DNA of 64,000 nt from an uncultured Gemmatimonadales bacterium (GCA_963707505.1 CAVPQB010000001.1:32001-96000), one strand, 5' to 3'. Shown: positions 30,456 to 41,516, counted from the first letter of the stretch. Translations and numbers: made by a program. Notes: a model not told the origin generated them from the sequence alone.

Positions 30456-32188
30456 TGCCGTTGCTGCGCCATCTTCAGTGCGTTGTACGCGTTTACGATG
30501 CCGCCTGTCACAGATAGCGACGCGAACGGAACAGTCTCACCGGATTTACTGCCGGGCACCAGCGAAGCGCTATTGTACCGAGTCGCCGAATCGAGGATTA
30601 TCCGCCGCACCTGCGCCACTGTGAGGTTGGGGTAGTACGACATGATCAACGCCGCCAATCCCGTCACGACTGGAGCCGCCATGCTCGTACCACTCAGCCG
30701 TTCATAGCCACCACCCTGCACCGTCGACAGAATGTCCTCGCCCGGCGCGAACACATCGACCTTGTCATGACTGTAATTCGAGAACGCGACCGCGAGCGTG
30801 TCACCGCCGCGCCACGATGACGCGCCAACTTCTATCCAGTTTGCCGCCCGACCGCCGCCTGTATACTCCGGCGTCGGAAAGTTCGATGCGGTGTCGAGGC
30901 TCGCGCCGTCATTCCCTGCGGCGACAACCATGAGCACTCCGTGCGCGTCCGCATATTTCACTGCAGCATCGACGGCGCTCTTGAATGGTGAGTACGGCTT
31001 GCCGAAGCTCATGTTGATCACGCGTGCGCCGTTGTCCACCGCGTACCGAATCGCGTTCGCGATGTCCTTGTCGCGCTCGTCGCCATCCGGCACGGCACGA
31101 ACAGGCATGATCAACGCAGCTGACGCGACTCCTTCAATACCGACACCATCCTGCGGCATCGCGGCAATTATGCCGGCTACGTGCGTACCGTGTTTCGCAT
31201 CAGGCCCTGTCACATCCGTATTGCCATAGCTGCGCTGTGACAGATCTGCGTAGTTGTCGCCAACGATTGTGCGCGGGTCGTAATCCGGATTCAATCCGTA
31301 CTGCGACTGCACACTGTATTCGTCTACCGCCTCGGTTACAGCTTCCGGCGTCGCCCCCTGCTGCGCGAGCTGCAGATAGAGTCCGCGCGCCGCAACGACC
31401 TGCGGCGACGTGGCTGCAAGCGCTTCAACATTTGCCGGAGTGAGACTGTCCGTTCCAGCCGCCTGCGCCAGAATCGGCAATGCACGCTTCATCACTGCAT
31501 CGATTGTCCGCATCTGATCGAGCGTGGAATTGATCTCGGTCTTCTTCCTTGCGTAATCCGCCGATACCTTGCTGCATGTTGTCGAATCGATCGCGGGCAT
31601 TGCGCGCTCGGTTACAGTCTGCGGCGTTCCGGCACAGCGGACGAACATGCGGGTGAGCTCGAACGTGTCGTACTGGACGTCCTTGCCGTCGGCGCCGCCA
31701 ATGAAGTTCCAGCCATGCACGTCGTCCACATGGCCGTTGTGATCGTCATCCTTGCCATTGCCAGCGATTTCCTTTCGATTCGTCCAGAGTCGCGTCCTGA
31801 GCGCCGCGTGCGCGGTATCCACTCCCCCATCTATCACGGCGACGACAACAGATTGCCTCGGAGCCTTGCCGTTGAGCAGCTCGCGCTGCGCACGCAGCAG
31901 GCTTATGCCCGGATAATGATCGATGGAATCATCCAGCAACTGCCAGTTGCGCGGCGCCGTGCGCACTCCTGAAGTCGTGACAGCTGGTTGAAGCGTCGGC
32001 GCCGGAGGCGCGGCGACCGGAGGCGCGGCGACCGGAGGCGCGGCGACCGGAGGCGGTGGCGTAGGCTCCGGCGCTGTGACGACAGACTTGGTCGCCGGCG
32101 CACAGGCGGCAAACGCCATCGCGGCGAACGTGATCCATGTAATCTGCTTCGTGAACTGCCTCGTGAACTGCTTCGTGAATTGCGTCAC
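30452..32188 (-). CDS. S8 subtilisin-like serine peptidase, lipoprotein
   Basis: Triad VAVIDGG / HGTHVAG / GTSMAAP; AAGND; lipobox AFAAC; Pro-rich linker. Confidence 0.93.
   Translation of the reverse strand: MTQFTKQFTRQFTKQITWITFAAMAFAACAPATKSVVTAPEPTPPPPVAAPPVAAPPVAAPPAPTLQPAVTTSGVRTAPRNWQLLDDSIDHYPGISLLRAQRELLNGKAPRQSVVVAVIDGGVDTAHAALRTRLWTNRKEIAGNGKDDDHNGHVDDVHGWNFIGGADGKDVQYDTFELTRMFVRCAGTPQTVTERAMPAIDSTTCSKVSADYARKKTEINSTLDQMRTIDAVMKRALPILAQAAGTDSLTPANVEALAATSPQVVAARGLYLQLAQQGATPEAVTEAVDEYSVQSQYGLNPDYDPRTIVGDNYADLSQRSYGNTDVTGPDAKHGTHVAGIIAAMPQDGVGIEGVASAALIMPVRAVPDGDERDKDIANAIRYAVDNGARVINMSFGKPYSPFKSAVDAAVKYADAHGVLMVVAAGNDGASLDTASNFPTPEYTGGGRAANWIEVGASSWRGGDTLAVAFSNYSHDKVDVFAPGEDILSTVQGGGYERLSGTSMAAPVVTGLAALIMSYYPNLTVAQVRRIILDSATRYNSASLVPGSKSGETVPFASLSVTGGIVNAYNALKMAQQRQ
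32002..32055. repeat. 15-bp tandem repeat (about 3.6 copies) encoding a PPVAA linker
   Basis: ccggaggcgcggcga x3 plus a partial copy. Confidence 0.9.
32139..32186. repeat. 12-bp imperfect tandem repeat (4 copies) encoding TQFTKQFTRQFTKQIT at the S8 N-terminus
   Basis: gtaatctgcttc/gtgaactgcctc/gtgaactgcttc/gtgaattgcgtc. Confidence 0.85.
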
Positions 32189-32694
32189 GCTATTCCTGTA
32201 TTGAATGGTAGCTCGAGAGTTTCGTCCGGCGCCATCTCCTTCCAGCGCTGGACCAGCTGCTGGACGCGCGCACGCACTCTCGCAATTTCTTCGCCTGTAA
32301 GCGGTCGCAGCTCCGGACCGCCTCTGCCAGATACATACGTCCGGGCGTGCTCGTTCACTTCATCCGCGGTCCATTCGACGCCGAGCGAGCGTTGAACGTC
32401 GAACAATCCAACCACCTGCTCGACAACAACGGCCTCGAGGGGCAGTGGGCCACGCGGACTCTTCCCGCCAGTATCGTTGATGTCCCAACCATCCGCTACG
32501 AGGCCGAAGAACCCGGAGCGAAAGCCAAGCTCGGTCTCGACTACATAGTGAGTCATGTCGTGGAATGGAAACACCGACGAGAGCTGCCCGTTCTGCCGCT
32601 GCCATGTCGCTGTCCCGTCAGCACGATCACATCGCAGCACGACACTCCCATCTCGGCGCTTCGTAAGACGAATTACCATGTCAGGCATCGTCAT
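32185..32694 (-). CDS. Hypothetical protein with HDxxH motif
   Basis: 169-aa ORF overlapping both neighbours in an operon; PFHDMTHYVVE...GFFGLVADGW. Confidence 0.75.
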   Translation of the reverse strand: MTMPDMVIRLTKRRDGSVVLRCDRADGTATWQRQNGQLSSVFPFHDMTHYVVETELGFRSGFFGLVADGWDINDTGGKSPRGPLPLEAVVVEQVVGLFDVQRSLGVEWTADEVNEHARTYVSGRGGPELRPLTGEEIARVRARVQQLVQRWKEMAPDETLELPFNTGIA

Positions 32695-33061
32695 CCAATT
32701 GCGCGACCAATCTCCTCGGCGCGGTCATTCTGTACGCGTCCAGTAGAAGTCCTTCCAGCGCATTCCAATCCGGTGATTTATCCAGCCACACTCCGACCCA
32801 CCCTTTCGGCCCCACGTAAGGTGGTGAGTAGTACCGGTTCGGCTCCGCTCTGATCATCATGTCCTGCGTGACAGGCTTCGCCTTGCACCACACACTTGTA
32901 CGGCCGCCACCGTGATGAGTTGCGGCGGAAGCATACATCGCGAAGATCTTGTTGCGCACCCGAAACGTCGGCTCGCCCCACGCTTCGACTTCATGCGCTT
33001 CGGGTAGGGCCAGGCATAGCGCACGCAGGCGTTCAGTTGGATCGCGTTTCATCGAGCTCAC
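32681..33061 (-). CDS. MmcQ/YjbR family protein
   Basis: LRALCLALPEAHE..WGEPTFRVRNKIFA...PPYVGPKGWVGV...AYRMTAP. Confidence 0.9.
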   Translation of the reverse strand: MSSMKRDPTERLRALCLALPEAHEVEAWGEPTFRVRNKIFAMYASAATHHGGGRTSVWCKAKPVTQDMMIRAEPNRYYSPPYVGPKGWVGVWLDKSPDWNALEGLLLDAYRMTAPRRLVAQLDDDA

Positions 33062-33067
33062 TGGTGT

Positions 33068-33391
33068 TCAGCGGTACGCCGTTGTCATGGATTGCACTCT
33101 GCTACCGTGCCGCGCCAGCAGGTAGTTCACGAAGTCGCCGACGATCGGACTCGGCTTTTTCGATCCTTTTGTAATGACGCGGGCGCTCAACACCGCAGAT
33201 TGTGTATCCCACTCGACGTTGAGCGCTCCACGCGCGGAGTCGGCGCTGTGAAGCTTCATCCAGCCAGGTTGACGGCCAGGCTGCTTCTCGCTCGTGACAC
33301 GCAGACCGAACCTGTCGATTCGCTTGTCATTGGCGATCGCTTCGCGGAGGCTTCCACCTTTGGAGCAGAGCACCTGAACCAGAATCTGCAT
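33068..33391 (-). CDS. Hypothetical protein
   Basis: 107 aa; ATG preceded by GAGGA on the minus strand; first gene of a 5-gene run. Confidence 0.7.
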   Translation of the reverse strand: MQILVQVLCSKGGSLREAIANDKRIDRFGLRVTSEKQPGRQPGWMKLHSADSARGALNVEWDTQSAVLSARVITKGSKKPSPIVGDFVNYLLARHGSRVQSMTTAYR

Positions 33392-33415
33392 TGAATCCTC
33401 GGAGTGAAAAGAGAA

Positions 33416-33474
33416 TCGTCATTCCCGCGAAAACGGCATACGCATTCGTCATTCCCGCGAAAGCGGGAATGACG
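33416..33474. repeat. REP-like palindrome (GTCATTCCCGCGAAAGCGGGAAT type), tandem partial + full copy
   Basis: tcgtcattcccgcgaaa at 33416 and 33446; the second closes a 12-bp stem cgtcattcccgc-GAAA-gcgggaatgacg. Confidence 0.85.
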
Positions 33475-33491
33475 GCTCGTTCGAACGCATC

Positions 33492-34031
33492 CTACTTCGT
33501 TGCTCCAGTCAGCGGCAACTCGAGCAACAGGCGCGAGATGTTCGGCTCGCTCGTGTAATACATCCGCAGCCTGTCGAGAGTTACAGGTTCTGTTACGCGC
33601 ACGGCGAGCAGCGAATCGAGCGCCTCTCTCGTGAGAGTCTTGTAAAGGTTGAGCGTGACATGGGGCGAGAAGGCGAATCGTGGGCGTGCGAAGTGCAGTC
33701 CGCTCGCGCCGATCCGGTCGTGGAGCGCACGGATCGGGCCGCGCGGTGTGATCGGCAACACCACGATCTGGGTCGCGGGAAAACGCTCAGGCTTTCCTAG
33801 TACGAGCTCGATCGGGGGCGTCGTGCTGGTGATCGGCTCCAGCCGCTCGCGCATCAGCTCCACCGGCGTATCCGCCGCCATCGGCCCGAGTCCGGACGAG
33901 CCCGCGAGAGTCAGATGCGGCCGCCGTCCGCTGCCGAGCTTGGGATCGTGGCGCTCGATGACCGCCTGGATCTCGTCGGCCACAGCGCCGGTCAGCTCGC
34001 CGAGTATGAAGATGCCGGACGGGGTGGCCAC
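33492..34031 (-). CDS. 2H phosphoesterase (2'-5' RNA ligase / LigT-like)
   Basis: Two HxT motifs, PHLTL and PHVTL; GTG start. Confidence 0.85.
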   Translation of the reverse strand: MATPSGIFILGELTGAVADEIQAVIERHDPKLGSGRRPHLTLAGSSGLGPMAADTPVELMRERLEPITSTTPPIELVLGKPERFPATQIVVLPITPRGPIRALHDRIGASGLHFARPRFAFSPHVTLNLYKTLTREALDSLLAVRVTEPVTLDRLRMYYTSEPNISRLLLELPLTGATK

Positions 34032-34050
34032 ACGAGGAAGATACTATCTT

Positions 34051-34953
34051 ATGCCAATGCTCAATATCGACCTCACGGGCAAGCGTGCCCTCGTTGCGGG
34101 CGTGGCCGATGATGGCGGATTCGGCTTCGCGATCGCCAAGAGACTTGCCGAGGCTGGCGCGACGGTTTGCGTAGGAACCTGGCCGCCCGCGCTGACGATT
34201 TTCCTTAATCTGCTCGAGCGTGGGAAGATGGATGAGGCTCGCCGGATGCCCGATGGCTCCATGCTGGAATTCGAGCGCATCTATCCGCTGGACGCCGCCT
34301 ACGACACCCTCGCCGATGCCCCGGAGGACGTCCGGACCAACAAGCGCTACAAGGAGACGGGGGACTTTTCCATAGAAGGAATGGCGACCAGGCTCGTTGC
34401 TGACTTCGGCGACAGGCCGCTCGACATCGTCGTCCATTCGCTCGCCAATGGACCCGAAGTCAAAAAGGCCTTGTTGGACACAAGCCGAAGTGGCTATCTG
34501 ACCGCAGTGAGCGTGAGCGCATATTCGATGATCGCGCTTACGTCGAAATTGTCGCCATTGATGCGCGATGGTGGCTCGTTTCTGTCGCTAACTTACATGG
34601 CATCGGAGCGTGCAATCCCAGGGTATGGCGGCGGGATGTCGTCGGCAAAGGCGGCTCTGGAGAGTGATACCAGGGTGCTCGCGTACGAGGTCGGGCGGCG
34701 ATATGGTCATCGCGTAAACACCATTTCAGCCGGGCCATATGCGTCGCGCGCTGCCAGCGCGATCGGGATTATCGAGCGTATGGTGGAGTACTGCTCCCAG
34801 AATTCGGCACTACCGCAGAAGCTCGAGGCTGACGAAGTTGGGACCGCCGCGGCGTTCCTGTGCTCACCACTGGCGAGCGGGATCACTGGAAGCACCGTGT
34901 ACGTGGACAAGGGGTACCACTCCATGGGCATGGCAGTAACCTCGCTCGAATAG
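34051..34953 (+). CDS. fabI: Enoyl-ACP reductase, plant-plastid/chlamydial type
   Basis: [75 protein letters not shown]. The 33649 start is a spurious extension. Confidence 0.92.
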   Translation: MPMLNIDLTGKRALVAGVADDGGFGFAIAKRLAEAGATVCVGTWPPALTIFLNLLERGKMDEARRMPDGSMLEFERIYPLDAAYDTLADAPEDVRTNKRYKETGDFSIEGMATRLVADFGDRPLDIVVHSLANGPEVKKALLDTSRSGYLTAVSVSAYSMIALTSKLSPLMRDGGSFLSLTYMASERAIPGYGGGMSSAKAALESDTRVLAYEVGRRYGHRVNTISAGPYASRAASAIGIIERMVEYCSQNSALPQKLEADEVGTAAAFLCSPLASGITGSTVYVDKGYHSMGMAVTSLE

Positions 34954-34996
34954 GCCGCGAGGACCCGGTCAGAAAATTGGCGTGTAACAGTAGCCG

Positions 34997-37547
34997 ATGA
35001 TCGTCTCAAAAAGCGCCATCCGGCCGCCGCTTCGACCGCTCGCGCCTCTCCTCGCGTCTCTGTTGGCATCGCTCGTCGTTTCCGCATGCATGCCATCGCC
35101 GAGCATTGCTCCGACGCCGGCTGCATCGACGACCGACACGACGGGAGCAGATTCGGGCAGAGCCGGCGGACCGCACGTTTCGGTCAAGCCGTACGCTGAG
35201 GTCATTACAAAGAACGCAAAGACGCGCGACGGACTGTTCAAGACCCACCGCGTTGGCGACACGCTGTACTTCGAGATTCCGGCGAAGGAGCTGAATCGCG
35301 ACATGCTGCTGGTGGGTCGGTACGCACGCACGGCCGCGGTCGACGCGAACAACCCATTCGGAGCTTACGGCGGTGACGAGTTCGGCGAGCGCACTCTCAG
35401 ATGGGAGCGCTCCGGGAATCGCGTGATACTACGATCGCCGTCGTTCGCGATCATGGCCGACACCTCGTTGCCGATCTATCGCGCAGTGCAGTCGGGAAGC
35501 TACGCACCCATCATTGCAATATTCGACGTCGCCGCATACGGACCCGACAGCGCGGCGGTGATCGACGTGACGCGTCTCTACACCACCGACGTTCCGGAAT
35601 TCGCGGCGATTCACGGGCAGGTGGATGAGAAGCGCTCGTACATCGAGAACGCGATCGCGTTTCCCGGACAACGTCGAGATCGAGGCGACCCAGACCGGGA
35701 TACCACAGCCGAGCGGCGGATCGTCCATCCGCGCAGGAGCGGTCGGCCATAAGCGTGCTCGCGCACTGGAGCATGGTGCGTCTTCCGACCGAGCCGATGC
35801 TGCCGCGTCTCGCTGACGATCGCATCGGATTTCTGAGCGTCACGCGTACCGACTACGGCACAAAGCAATACCGTTCAGTGGAGCGCGAGTACATCAACAG
35901 GTGGCGTCTCGAAAAGAAGAATCCGGGCGCTGGCGTGTCCGACCCGGTGAAGCCGATCGTGTATTACATCGATCCTGCGACACCGGAGCAATGGAAACCA
36001 TGGATCCGGAAGGCCGTCCTCGACTGGCAGCCGGCATTCGAGGCAGCAGGTTTCTCGCAACGCCATCATACCGATGGATCCGCCGACCGACGATCCCGAC
36101 TGGTCGCCGGACGACGTGCGTCACACGGTGATTCGCTGGCTTCCATCGACGGTCGGAGAATGCGGTCGGTCCGCACGTCGCGGATCCGCGCACGGGTGAG
36201 ATTCTGAACGGTTCGATCCGCGTGTTCCACAACGTTCTCAACCTCAATCGCGACTGGTACTTCACGCAGGTGGCGCCGCTCGATCCGCGAGCGCAGCACT
36301 GGCCGATGCCGGATTCGTTGATGGGCCGCATGGTCGAGTACGTGGTCGCGCACGAGATCGGTCACACGCTCGGCCTCGCCCACAACTTCAAGGCGAGCTC
36401 GATGTATCCGGCGGACTCCGTGCGCTCGCGCACCTGGGTCCATCGCATGGGACATACGCCGAGCATCATGGATTACGCGCGGTACAATTACGTCGCGCAG
36501 CCGGAAGATTCGATCGACGTGAACGATCTCGTGCCGCGCGTCGGGCCGTACGACAAGTACGCGATAATGTGGGGCTACACTCCGATCGCCGGTGCAACGA
36601 CCCCGGAACAGGAGCGGCCGTCGCTCGATTCGATCGCGCGCATGCAGGACAGCGTTCCGTGGTACAGATTCGGTCATCTCGCCGAGTCCCGCGCGGACAA
36701 CCCGGATCCTGGTGACGAGGTGGAGGCGGTTGGCGACGCCGATGCGGTGAAGTCGACCGGCTATGGGCTCAGGAACATCGAGCGCACGATGCCCATGTTG
36801 CTGCGCGTGACGCAGAAAGCCGGTGAGGACAACTCGGATCTGGAAGAGATTTACGGCAGGCTCGTAGGACAGTGGTCGGACGAGATGGGTCATGTCGCAA
36901 ACATCATCGGCGGAGCGACTGCGCGGGTGAAGTACGGATCACAGCCCGGCGCCGTATACACGCCCGTGTCGCGTGCGCGTCAGATCGAAGCGATACAGTT
37001 CCTGAACGCGCACGTCTTTCACACGCCGACGTTCTTTCTGGACAATGCCGTGACGAGTCGTATCGAGGCGAACGGATCGCTGTCGCGGATCAACGACGCG
37101 CAGGCGCGAATCCTTCACACGTTGCTGGAAGACGCACGCGTGCAGCGGATGATCGAGATCTCATCGCGCGGTGGCGACGTGTACACGCTACCCGAGATGC
37201 TCTCCGACATTCGGCACGGCATCTGGACCGAGCTTGGTGATCGCAGCGTCACCATCGACGTGTATCGCCGCAACCTGCAGAGATCGTATCTGGATCAACT
37301 GGACGCAAAGATCAACGGATCGCATGGCGATGGATTCACCATCGTGCTTACGCCGAACTCACGTAATCAACGACCTGCGAGCACGCCCGCCTCGATGGCC
37401 GACGCGCGCGCGGCGATGCGGGCGGAGCTGGTTGCACTACGCGCGGAGATTGTTGCCGCCCTACCGCGTGCGGCGGACGCGGCGACGCGCGCTCATCTGG
37501 AAGATGCGAAGGTCGCGATCGACAGGACGCTGGATCCGAATCGATGA
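34997..37547 (+). pseudogene. Zinc-dependent metalloprotease lipoprotein (DUF5117/DUF4953, EcxA-like), split by about 4 +1 indels
   Basis: Lipobox [65 protein letters not shown]. Indels near 35661, 35740, 36057 and 36156. Confidence 0.85.
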
Positions 37548-37636
37548 TACTATCGGCGGCGAATTATGGGTGCCGATGATCAACCTTCCGTGATGCGGGG
37601 ACGCCGGACGACACTAGACGTGCGTAACCGGCCACC

Positions 37637-38473
37637 TCACGGCAATATGGTGAATGTGAACGGCTGCGTTACGAGCTGCCTGACGTTTCTACCATTTATT
37701 CGTGCAGGAATGAAACGCATGTGCGGGACCTGGGCGAGTACCGCTTGCGTGAATGCCTGTTCAGGTGCGACATCGTCAATGTCGGGACCTGTCAGGACGT
37801 CATGATACGGTGCGGGGCGGTCCCGCCACGTCTTCACCGAAGTGACCTTGAACGTCGTTGGATCGATCTTGCCCGTCGTGTCGATCACGAACGTCGTGTA
37901 CACGATCGCAGCGAGGCCGGCGCGTACGAGCGACGTGGGGTACCTCGGCACCTCACTTCCGGGTGCAAACGCCGCAGGCCCTCCCAGCCGCTTGTATCCG
38001 CCCGTCTGAATCATCGAATCCACAAGTCGGGAAACGGCACTTTGCGGAACAGGTGGCGCGGGATCTTCCTTGTGAAAAAGAAAAGACTGTTCGATCTCTT
38101 CGGCGACCTTATGACCGGATTTCTGTGCAACGACGAAATGCATCGTCGTCAGAGCCCGTCGCACTGACGCTGCGAAGAGAGGTTGGCCGTAGGCTTCCGT
38201 CAGGATTGACGTCGTATCGACGAGCCCTGTCGTGTCGACGACGAATTGAGCCAATACCTTGCCGTCTATTCCCAATGGACGGAGCGAGTCCGGATACAAC
38301 GGCTCCGTTCCATCTCCAATTTGTTTTGCGTGTGTATCGACTTCACTCGCGGAATAGACGCGCGGCACCGTGGCGTCGGTGCTGGCCTGTGCCTGGGCAG
38401 GATGAGACTGCGAGATCGTACTCAGGAACACAACGGTGATCAGGAACAGGGCTCCGACAGACTGGTCTCTCAT
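37637..38473 (-). CDS. TonB C-terminal domain protein with two TonB_C repeats
   Basis: PLYPDSLR..GIDGKVLAQFVVDTTG and PRYPTSLVRAGLAAIVYTTFVIDTTG...MRFIPARINGRNVRQLVTQPFTF; signal peptide AQA|Q. Confidence 0.82.
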   Translation of the reverse strand: MRDQSVGALFLITVVFLSTISQSHPAQAQASTDATVPRVYSASEVDTHAKQIGDGTEPLYPDSLRPLGIDGKVLAQFVVDTTGLVDTTSILTEAYGQPLFAASVRRALTTMHFVVAQKSGHKVAEEIEQSFLFHKEDPAPPVPQSAVSRLVDSMIQTGGYKRLGGPAAFAPGSEVPRYPTSLVRAGLAAIVYTTFVIDTTGKIDPTTFKVTSVKTWRDRPAPYHDVLTGPDIDDVAPEQAFTQAVLAQVPHMRFIPARINGRNVRQLVTQPFTFTILP

Positions 38474-38605
38474 CAGTGATTCCAGAGGTGGGTTCAGGCC
38501 GCAAAAGATACACGTCCTGGCCGAGTACGCGAGGGATTCACTGTTGCTGACGGATTGCGGCGCATGATCCGGCGCGGTGCACGCGCGGATTGCGTCACTA
38601 TTGCG

Positions 38606-39118
38606 CTACGGTACCGTGACGCTCTGATCCAGGACGACCGAACCTGTATTCGTAGCGTTCGACCCTGTCTGACCGCCCGTCACCACGTACTTCACTACAA
38701 CTCGTATACTACCGGCGGGTATGGCGAGTGACCTTTCGATGTAGCTGTAGTTCGGCCCGTCCTGAGCCACTGCGCACGTGCCGGCTCCAGGTCCCGGGAC
38801 GGTCGTGATAATCCGCACCGTCAGAGTGGTTCCGCTGAGGTTGTCGTCGGCTGAAACTGTAGTCGCGCAGGGAGGGTCTGGTGCAACGACGACGCCGGCT
38901 ACGACGACGCTGGCGACGTCGCCTCTCGCCGTAACGCGTGACAGCAACTGCGCCTCATCTGGCGACACCGTTTGTACGCTGAAGCTGGGTGCCGGTCGCG
39001 GAACGGTGATCGAAGAGCTCGAACACGCGACAAGCAGGAGCGCGAGCAGAGCTGCCGCGAGTCCATGGGCCGGCGGCTGACCTCCAGGGTAATTAGCAGA
39101 ACGGAATCGCATCCGCAT
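38606..39118 (-). CDS. Hypothetical lipoprotein
   Basis: Lipobox LLLVAC followed by a Ser-rich linker and a beta-rich domain with two Cys. Confidence 0.7.
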   Translation of the reverse strand: MRMRFRSANYPGGQPPAHGLAAALLALLLVACSSSSITVPRPAPSFSVQTVSPDEAQLLSRVTARGDVASVVVAGVVVAPDPPCATTVSADDNLSGTTLTVRIITTVPGPGAGTCAVAQDGPNYSYIERSLAIPAGSIRVVVKYVVTGGQTGSNATNTGSVVLDQSVTVP

Positions 39119-39230
39119 ATCCGGTTCTCCAGGTCACGATGAAGATGCGCAACAAGAGTCGGAATTGCATCTCCCGAGCGGCCAGGTGCGCGTTTTACGA
39201 TGTGAGCGCGCAACAGGCCGCCGCGATCGG

Positions 39231-41019
39231 CTACGCCACCACGTCCTTATCCCGCCGTATCGGAACCCGCTTCCCCTTGATGTGCGTTGCGCGCAACGTG
39301 TCGACGATGTCATCCGCTATTTCATCGGGGACTTCGACAAGTGAGAACCGATCGTAGATCTCGATGGCACCGATAACATCTGCGTCGAGTTGCAGCTCGT
39401 TCGCGATCGCTCCGACAATGTCACCGGGACGGATCTTGGCCTTGCGCCCTGCACCGATGTATATCTTCGCAACTTCCCAACTGGGCTTGCGCTTGGTGCC
39501 TGCTACGGTACGCGGAGGTTTGCCTTCGCGCTTTGGGCGATCATCTGGACGATCGTGCGGAGTCGAAGGGCGCTGTGCTGGCGGACGCTGAACCGGAATC
39601 TCTTCTTCCGCTTCATGCTTGTCGTTGCCGCTCGCTTCGTGCGCCATCTTCACCGCCGCCGCTGCGATATCCATCACGTCGTAATCGCCATCAGCCAGCG
39701 ACTCGACGACTCCGCGATACTCGTCCAAATCGTCGCCAATCAGAATTTCCTGCAGACGTTGCACGCGTCAGCTCGACGCGCCGTACGCGCATGTCTGCGA
39801 CGGTAGGGACTGTCGCGATCTCGATCTTCTGCTTGGTGATGTTCTCGATGTTGCGCAGGAACCGGTGCTCGCGTGGCTCGGCGAGCGTTATCGCAACGCC
39901 CTCTCGGCCGGCGCGCCCGGTACGTCCGATGCGATGCACGTACGCATCCGGCGACGTTGGAACGTCGTAATTGAAAACGTGCGACAATTGCCCGATGTCC
40001 AGTCCGCGCGCGGCTACGTCGGTCGCTATCAACAGATCGGCGGTGTTGGCGCGGAACTTCTTCATCACTCTGTCGCGCTGTTCCTGCGACATCCCACCGT
40101 GCAACGCCTCCGCACGATATCCGCGCGAGTTGAGCGTCTCGGCGACCTGATCCACTTCGGTGCGCGTGCGACAGAACACCAGCGCCGACTTGGGGCTCTC
40201 CATGTCGAGCACGCGGCCGAGCGTGGTCATCTTGTGGACGCGTGGAACGATGTAGGCCATCTGGCGGACGCGTGGAACCGAGCCAGCCTTGGTCTTGTCG
40301 CGCGCGATGGTTACGCGTACCGGATTCTTGAGATGCTTGTTCGCGATTGCGGCGATGCGAGGTGCGATCGTCGCCGAGAACAGCGCAGTCTGTCGATCGG
40401 CAGGCGTCTCGCTCAGGATCGCTTCGAGATCTTCGGCGAACCCCATGTCCAGCATCTCGTCTGCCTCGTCGAGCACGACCGTGCGCACGGCGCCGAGCTG
40501 CAACGACTTGCGGCGGATGTGGTCGAGCGCGCGGCCTGGTGTCGCGACTACGATGTCCACTCCACGCTTGAGCGCCTTGAGCTGCTGCGTCATCGCTGCA
40601 CCGCCATACACTGGCAGCACCGACACGCCCATCGCCTTCCCGTACTTGTGAATCGCCTCGGCGACCTGCATCGCGAGCTCGCGAGTCGGAGCGAGGATCA
40701 GTGCATAGGGACCGCTTCCATGCTTCCGGTGTGACTCATGCAGGCGCTGGAGGATCGGGAGCGAGAAGGCGGCAGTCTTTCCGGTTCCAGTGGCGGCCTG
40801 GCCAAGGACATCCTTGCCCGCGATGAGCGCCGGGATCGTTTCGGTCTGGATCGGGGTCGGCTCCTCGTATCCCAGTGCGGTCAGTGCTGCGAGGATGGAA
40901 GGGTCCAACCCAAGGGCGGCGAATCCGGACTGGCCGGCACGGTCAGACTCGCCGGTTTGTGACGTCTCGTCCTCGGCTGCAGGGTCGGGGGTGTTCTTGT
41001 TGGTGACGCGGGTAGGCAT
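39231..41019 (-). CDS. deaD: DEAD-box RNA helicase (DeaD/CsdA-like, C-terminal DbpA RNA-binding domain); one frameshift near 39756
   Basis: Q motif GYEEPTPIQ, ATGTGKT, PTRELA, TPGR, DEAD, SAT, ARGLD, HRIGRTGRAG. C-terminal IYIGAGRKAKIRPGDIVGAIANE lies in a second frame; one extra base (acg-t-ctg) explains it. Confidence 0.88.
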
Positions 41020-41090
41020 CGTTCAATCTAAACCCGCAATATCCCCTCCACCTGTTGACTGACGGCAGCCCCTGCGTATTCTCAAGCCTC

Positions 41091-41516
41091 ATGCATCCAT
41101 TCGATATGCTGACTTACTGGCTCCTGCAGGCACTCTCGTCGCTGTTTCTGGCGATCCTCTTTTTGCAATCAGGGATCGACAAGATCGTGGACCGGCGTGG
41201 GAATCTCGATTTCCTGATCGGTCACTTCGCCAAGAGCCCACTCGCGAAGACCGTCGGACCGATGTTTCTGACCATGACGATTCTGGAGACGCTGTCCGGG
41301 TTGTTGAGTGGCATCGGATTCCTGATGATCGTGTTCATGCACATTCCCGACGTGGCGTTCTGGGGGGCTGTGCTGTCCGGGATATCACTGTGCGCGCTGT
41401 TTTTCGGACAGAGGGTGGCGAAGGATTACGCCGGCGCAGCGGCGTTGGTGCCGTACTTCCTGCTGGCGCTGGCAGCGATGTGGCTGTTGGGGACGTCGCA
41501 TTTAGTAACTATTTGA
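41091..41516 (+). CDS. DoxX-like membrane protein
   Basis: FLAILFLQSGIDKIVD...HFAKSPL...LFFGQRVAKDYAGAA. Confidence 0.82.
   Translation: MHPFDMLTYWLLQALSSLFLAILFLQSGIDKIVDRRGNLDFLIGHFAKSPLAKTVGPMFLTMTILETLSGLLSGIGFLMIVFMHIPDVAFWGAVLSGISLCALFFGQRVAKDYAGAAALVPYFLLALAAMWLLGTSHLVTI

Noticed and set aside
32002..32186. CRISPR-like repeats
   Set aside because: Short in-frame coding tandem repeats without spacers, and no cas genes.
33649..34050. 134-aa N-terminal extension of FabI in the ORF track
   Set aside because: It overlaps the opposite-strand 2H phosphoesterase, and FabI similarity starts at 34051-34057.
34997..41019. Programmed frameshifting or true pseudogenisation of the EcxA-like protease and the DeaD helicase
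   Set aside because: There are five single-base insertions with no slippery motifs and no in-frame stops once corrected, and all catalytic motifs are intact. Together with the kinase indels this pattern fits long-read or polishing error. Read-level confirmation is needed.
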